Origin: Octopus vulgaris
Lineage: Eukaryota
NCBI GenBank assembly: GCA_951406725.2
Contig: OX597835.1
Span: 45,260,001-45,324,000 of the forward strand
DNA: 64,000 nt
Direction of reading: 5' to 3'
Shown: in pieces, positions 57,051 through 64,000 of the stretch
How positions within the stretch are numbered: position 1 is the first letter of the stretch
Layout: the number at the start of each line of letters is the position of its first letter
Notes under the pieces: generated by a model
What the model saw: only the letters and a program-made list of their open reading frames with translations
What the model was told of the DNA's origin: nothing
The model's database searches: none
Made by a program: the position numbers and the translations under genes

Positions 57051-58199
57051 CATGTGAAAGTCAAAGCAGAGAATGAGACGAGGAGGGAAAGTGAGAGATT
57101 AGTATGGAAGGAAGAGTTGGAATCTTTTGTTTAACTCAGTGTGAAAAATGCCATTAAACTAATGAAATTAGAGAAGAAATTTCTCGAAGATTTCGTTGCG
57201 AGATATTTTTGCTGTCCGTTTACCTACTCAAAACTATCTCCAAACTCCATCAAACCTAGCTTTTTGTCACATTACCTATTTACCTGTATTCCTACATTAT
57301 CACTCTCTCTCTCTCTCCTTTACTTCTTCCTGATTTACGGTCTCACTAATTTTCTCTTTTATACACATTTTTTTTCATGTTGTTTCTTCCCAGATCTTTT
57401 TAATTCTCTGCTGCCCCTCTTACTTTCCGATTCTCTCTGTTCCTAAGTCTGCTTTTCTCTCTGTCTTGTGTTCTCATTTGCTTCTTTCTCTTCACTGCTC
57501 TCCAACTCTCTTTCGTTCTCTCATTTACTCTCTACCTCACCGATATCCCAATATATTTGTATTTATTTCTCTTGTGTATTATTTCTTTCTATCACATTCT
57601 CTCTACATCTATTCACCCTTGTAATTCCTTGCCTAATCTCTCTCCCTCTCTCTCTCTTTATCTAGCTACCAGTCTGTTTCTTTCTGCGCCACAATTTATT
57701 GTTATAAGATGGTTGTTGTGGGGGTGATGGCGTTAATAGTGGTAAGCTCTTAGCTCCTAATGGATTCTTAGGAGTGCCGCCGTGTCACGTAATGTGACGT
57801 AGGCTTTGAAACTCAGCACCACATATACAGATTGATGGAGAGATTCACACTTACATACATAAATACATAAATATACACACACACATTCATACATACATAC
57901 ATACATACATACATACATGCATACATACATACATATGTGCATACATAACACAGCATATTATCAGATATATGGATGAGAGCATTGTGGTAGAAAGCGCCAG
58001 AAAGACAGAGACAAGACAGAGTATCAAAGCAATTTATCGCGGACCAAAACGCGATCCCTAACTGCTATTTTGAAGGAAATACATTTGCAATCCAGAAATA
58101 GGAAATAACTTCCTAATTCTTGGGACTCAGATAAGCACCTCGCACAAGCACTTTCCCGAAATTATTGTCGGTGTTTAATTTGCAGATGAAACATTTGAC

Positions 58200-58642
58200 T
58201 TTGGTCAAGACACTGTACAATGAGGCCTCTCAGAAGGATAGTCTTGAGGCTTAAGATGTAGGAAACTAGAGTCAGAGAAACCATAAACATATGAAAGAAT
58301 TATGGAGGTTTATTTCATTGAAAACCTAAATAGAATGCAAATATAAAACAGGAGAGATAGGATTTGGAAGAGGGAAGAGAAATTCTGTAGAAAATTAGAA
58401 TTCGGTATCTCATTGGATGTGAATATAAAGCAGAATATCAACCAGAGAGAGAACAACTATGCTGAACAATTGAGAAATTAACAGGAACTCTACTTGGATT
58501 ACAAATTCGGTTTTATACAAGTAATTATAGGGTCACTAAGCTGCGTGACAAACTGCCTCAGCACAAAACTTGAGAAACTACAGCTACAAGCCAGTAATGT
58601 CACTGTCAAAATATGTGAAACGTTTCAACAGTTTAGCATATA
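58200..58642 (+). pseudogene. Decayed RLE C-terminus of a different R4/Dong-like LINE
   Basis: LDVNIKQNINQRENNY, DYKFGFIQVIIGSL, TVKICETF resemble the RLE tail (PIDINV..KY, PVVIGALG). Confidence 0.6.
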
Positions 58643-58870
58643 AATACATAAATACAAACGGGCTTCTCTAGTCATGCAGGTATTTGTATAAACAACAAAA
58701 TATACAGATCTGCACAAGATTGCCTCCAAATTCTTGTACATAAATATACATACAGGCACACATACCCAGTTAATTTTGGTGAATTTCCAATGAAGAAGCC
58801 TTGTTTCTGGGATAGGTGCCGAATCTTTCTTCATTCGCAAGAAATCTAGAAATAAAACATGCGTACGCAT

Positions 58871-59256
58871 GGAAGCACTCCGTCGGTTATGACGACGAGG
58901 GTTCCGGTTGATCCGAATCAACGGAACAGCCTGCTCGTGAAATTAACGTGTAAGTGGCTGAGCACTCCACAGACACGTGTACCGTTAACGTAGTTCTCGG
59001 GGATATTCAGCGTGACACAGAGAGTGACAAGGCCGGCCCTTTGAAATACAGGTACAACAGAAACAGGAAGTAAGAGTGAGAGAAAGTTGTGGTGAAAGAG
59101 TACAGCAGGGATCGCCACCATCCCCTGCCGGAGCCTCGTGGAGCTTTTAGGTGTTTTCGCTCAAACAACACTCACAACGCCCGGTCTGGGAATCGAAACC
59201 GCGATACTATGACCGCGAGTCCGCTGCCCTAACCACTGGGCCATTGCGCCTCCACA
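58871..59256 (-). mobile_element. Family-C SINE
   Basis: Near-identical to 24266-24650. Confidence 0.9.
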
Positions 59257-59699
59257 TGCAACCAATAATAAAGATACACTCTCAGTTTGACATCTATTAA
59301 TACTGGGGCTACAGGACACGGGCCAGCCGGCCGGGAGCAAAGTGTGGCTGGACTTGGGATCTTGGGTTCTTAATTCATACACTACAAATGATCTGGGTCA
59401 ATATCAATCTGCGAGACCTTCATAATATTTAAAATTCGTCGAACCTTGCTACAAAACACGTGTCAGCTCAAAATTAACACTAAATTAAAAAAAGAGAACA
59501 AGCAAGCATATATACTTGCAGATGCACACACATGCACGCAAATACTGTCGTGCCAGACGTTTGGACCAATTTTTGAAAATGATAATTCTTATGTCCATAA
59601 ACAATTCAATTCAAATATATACAGCGTATATATTTGAACATAGAAATTCAAATTTTCCGACCTATGTTCCAAACTGTTAGTTACGATTATTTGTATCTT

Positions 59700-60060
59700 C
59701 TATATTTTCCTTGTTTAACTCCTTGGACTCTGGCATGCTGGGATACTGTATTGAGGAGTTTTAGTCGCACGGCACGATCCTGGTTCTGTTTGATAAAATT
59801 GGTACTTAGTTTATCGGTTTCTTTTGCCGAATCGCAGATATACGGCGACTTAGACACACAAATATCGATTGTCAAGCGTTGCTCAAGCGCGCACACTCAC
59901 ACATATAATGATATAAACAAGACGGGCGTCTTTCTGTTTCCTTCAACCAAATCCACTCACAAGGCCTTGATCGACTTTGTCGAAGACACTTACCTAAGAT
60001 GCCTCGCAGAGGAACTGAACCAAATACTAACGTGATTTCGAACCAAAATTATTACCCACA
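59700..60060 (-). mobile_element. Highly decayed family-B SINE
   Basis: cttttgccgaatcgc..gtcaagcg..aaatccactcacaaggcc..gaagacactt. Confidence 0.6.
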
Positions 60061-60129
60061 AAATGTTACGTACGCCGTTATATTCTCACTGCTACGTACA
60101 TAATTTCATAGATAATATATATCTTCATT

Positions 60130-60516
60130 AAGGCGGCGAGGTGGCAGAAACGTTAGCACGCCGGGCGAAATGCGTAGCCTTATTTCGTCTGCCGTTACGT
60201 CCTGAGTTCAAATTCCGCCGAGGTCGACTTTGCCTTTCATCATTTCGGGGTCGATTAAATAAGTACCAGTTATGCACTGGAGTCGATATAATCGACTTAA
60301 TCCGTTTGTCTGTCCTTGTTCGTACCCTCTGTGTTTAGTCCCTTGTGGGTAGTAAAGAAATAGGTATTTCGTCTGTCTTTACGTTCTGAGTTTAAATTCC
60401 GCCGAGGTGGACTTTGCCTTTCATCCTTTCGATGTCGATAAATTAAGTACCAGTTGATCAAATCGGCTGGCCCCCTGCCCCCAAATTTCGGGCCTTCTGC
60501 CAAGAGTAGAAAAGAA
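60130..60516 (+). mobile_element. Family-A SINE heterodimer (second unit has the alternative tail)
   Basis: Restart at gaaatagg|tatttcgtc (60365); second unit ends ccccaaatttcgggcc..agtagaaaagaat. Confidence 0.88.
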
Positions 60517-61117
60517 TATATTTCTTCATTCCCCTTACAATATCTATTTGTCTGTGTGTCATCCTTTCTCTGCTCACTTTCTCCTGTCTTTCGCTTTATT
60601 TGTGCGAAACTAGTTTCAGAACAAACTGGGGTACCGTCTCCAAGATTTATTCACTCAGTTATATCAACCCCATTATTTTCGTGCGGTGCTCGACTTATCC
60701 AATCAACACTTATCGAATGATAAAGTTTTTTCTCTTTAGATATTTCTCTCTAGCCATAATTCTCCATCAATTCAATCCTCTGTGTCTCCGTCCAACACCA
60801 TCACCCTCACACACACTCACTCTCTCGCTCTCTCTCTCTCTTACAATATCTTACATTCTCATACACACCTCTAATACCCGACCTCCTGCATTCTTCTATT
60901 TGTCTTGTCTGCTGAATCAACAAATTGTTATCTTTTTTTATTATACGTTTTCCAATATTTTTTAGGTTAGTTTATATCTCCCATCCTTCACTCAATCATA
61001 CTGTATTCTTTTATATATGTGTTCTTCTTTATTTTTCATTATATTTGATCACGTTTCTATTCATATGTATGTTTTTTTATGTCTGTTACCACCACAGACC
61101 ACCACACACAGATACAT

Positions 61118-61162
<45 letters not shown>

Positions 61163-61523
61163 AAAAAGGAAAAAAAAATAAGCAAAAAAGACAAGGATTT
61201 CGAATTGTGTAAGCGATGATCTCAATGGTGCAGCATAAATTTGCAAAAATCGCGCTCAACTTGTTGACTTTGATAAATTCAGACAACTGGTCGGGGAGAC
61301 GCTTTGTCTCGATCGAAATATTACGTTGGCAATTTGTAATTCGTCTGTTCACAAGACTTCATCATCGTTTGAAATCTTTATACAAATCCTTCCCCATCAC
61401 TTAATGCATATTGGCGTCTTTTCTTCACTTCAATGAGAGTTAACCAGAGCGCACACACTTGCACACACACACACACACACACAAACATACACACACACAC
61501 ACAAGCATCACATAATCTTCAAG

Positions 61524-61566
<43 letters not shown>

Positions 61567-61992
61567 CACACGACAAAACAAAAAATAAAATCTTACACTC
61601 ACTTATACAGACATACATTACGACAGTGCGCATAATCGTGTGTGTGTGTGTGTGTGTGTTTGTCTGTATGTGTGTGTGTATGCGCTATGTGTGGGTATCC
61701 AACAATTTCTCTCTTTATCTATCTTTCTGTCTATGTATGTTTGTATGCACACACACATATATATATATGTATGCTTATGTATATACATATATATATATGT
61801 ATGCTTATGTATATACATATATATATGTATATATATATATATATATGTATGATATATATGTATGCTTATGTATATACATATATATACGTGTATATATATA
61901 TATATATATACATATGTACATAAATATATAAACGTAAAATATATATATATATATATGTATGATATATATGTATGCTTATGTACATACATATA

Positions 61993-62039
<47 letters not shown>

Positions 62040-62043
62040 GTAC

Positions 62044-62088
<45 letters not shown>

Positions 62089-62329
62089 TATATATGTATA
62101 TACATAAGCATACATATATATCATACATATATATATATACATACACACACTCACACATCTGTATTAAGTATGTATGACTTTTTCTTTGTGTTTGTGTGGG
62201 TGTCTGGGTCTGTGGGTGTGTGGGTGTGTGAGTTGCATTTATATACATAGAATGTCATGGGGATTGCAATTTCTCCGATTCGATTCATTCTGCTAACGTT
62301 TGTTTATGATAGACTGATGGTAGCTACGT

Positions 62330-62553
62330 TGATGATGACGATGATGATGATGACGATGATGATGATGACGACGATGATGATGATGATGATGATGATGGTC
62401 GTAGCACTGGCAGGTTTGGTGATTGTGAATGTGGTGGTGGCGGACGGCAGAGACGTTGCTCCTAGTGATGACGATGATGACGATGACAACGAGAATGATG
62501 ATGGTGATGATGATGATGATGATGACGATGATGATGATGATGATGATGATGAT
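62330..62553. repeat. (GAT)n/(GAC)n microsatellite
   Basis: Direct reading. Confidence 0.93.
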
Positions 62554-63316
62554 ATCGGCAACGATAAAAGTAATCCGCAAGAAGATTGAGTAAAAAGACA
62601 AGTAAAATGAAAAACAAAAAGAAAAGAGAGAAAAGATGCTTGAAGTAAAAAAAAAAAAATACATAAATAGAGGAAAAACATTCGAAAACAAAGAAAGCAA
62701 ATGAACAACAACAATAATAACAAATGAAAAAAAACTATCTAATGGAGAAAATAGTGTAGTTTATTATAACAGAAATTTCATAAAACAGAAATTAGTATAT
62801 TTTCGCCAAGAGGGCAACGGACAAATGAACATTGCTAAAAGAGTATCAGTAAGCTTATTACATGATGTTTGGCCAAACTACATTTTGGTTAACGTCTAGT
62901 TTTTTGAGAACGAATCTAGGTCCTTAAATATCGTTGCATAGACGCTAACGAGAAACATGAACGACAGAGGTGAGTGATATTTCGAGCGACGTCACTTCCT
63001 TCTGTGTTCTTTCGGGGTCGATAAATTACGTACCAGTTAAACACCGGGGTCGATGTATTCGAAACAGCTGCATTTGTGCCAAAATTTGAAGCCATTATAT
63101 TTATCATTATCGATTTGACTGAGTAGAATTAATACGGGTAACGGGTTACTACGTGTAACCTTAGGTATCCAAAAGCTTTCAGTAATCTGTCAACCTTAGT
63201 TATGTACCGTGGTGTGTTTTGGTGCTATTATTTTTACTGATTTGAAATTGCTTAACGTAGATCGTGTGCAGTGCCTTGCAATGCTATTGTCTGTATGTCA
63301 TGTACCTTCACAGATA

Positions 63317-63630
63317 GTGAAGGTACTTGCCTCGGTTGTTAGTGTTTTGCGTTTGCAAATATGAGGTTGTGAGTTCGATTCCTTGACACTTTATATCATG
63401 TTCCTCCAGTTCACCTCAGCTGCAGAAATGAGTTGCGATGTCGTCACTGGTGCCAAGCTGTATCGGCCCCTTGCCCTTTCCCTTGGATAACATCAGTGGC
63501 GTGGAGAGGAAAGTCTAGTATGAATGGGTGACTGCTGGTCTTCCATAAATAACCTTGTCCGGACTTGTGCCTCAGAGGGTAGCTTTCTACGTGTAACATC
63601 ATGGTCATTCATGGCCGAAGGGGCCTCTCT
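63317..63630 (+). mobile_element. Family-D SINE
   Basis: gtgaagg..gagttcgattcc..ctccagttcacctcagctg..ggtgccaagctgtatcggcc..gccgaagggg. Confidence 0.78.
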
Positions 63631-64000
63631 TTACTACATTTTTCTCACAGATAAAGGCACGAATACTGTTGTTTTACAGCAATTTTCAAGCGTGGATCTG
63701 GTGTTACTTATTTTTGCCGGGGAAATCACGGGATACATTCACGGAACAGGAGAGGCATAGATATAAACTCGTTCAGTCCACGATGTACCGAATTGAATAA
63801 TATAGTTTTGCACGAATACATTCTATATCTGATACCTTTTTTAAATTTTTTCTCACTTGATTGTGTTAGGCATTAGACTGCGGCCATGCTGGGGCACCGA
63901 TTTGAAGAAATTGTAGTCAGATAAATCGACTCCGACACGTATTTTTGTTTAGAAGTTATGACTTCTAAAACGCGCTCTTTACCGAATGGCCTAGTTACAG

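Overview
Eukaryotic, AT-rich, extremely microsatellite-rich DNA with no host gene I can support. The SINE repertoire is the one I recall from octopus (inference). The only long real ORF (6935-10150, frame open from 6617) belongs to a 5'-truncated but uninterrupted R4/Dong-clade non-LTR retrotransposon (RT + CCHC + PD-(D/E)xK RLE) inserted in a (TAA)n tract. The rest is microsatellites, about 20 tRNA-derived SINE copies from 4-5 modular families, decayed Tc1, mariner, CR1-group and Dong relics, Penelope-like GIY-YIG relics, a non-autonomous Helitron and several fold-back palindromes. Most interesting observations: (1) a dispersed set of hammerhead-ribozyme motifs with complete cores, long stem II inserts and tiny, mostly palindromic stem III, linked to Penelope-like relics and (TA)n islands; (2) an apparently very long target-site duplication around the Dong element, readable only from interruptions in the TAA repeat; (3) SINE dimers/trimers that always restart at one fixed junction; (4) repeated local inverted, template-switch-like copies at (TA)n tracts. 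All family assignments are from motif recognition; no database search was run.
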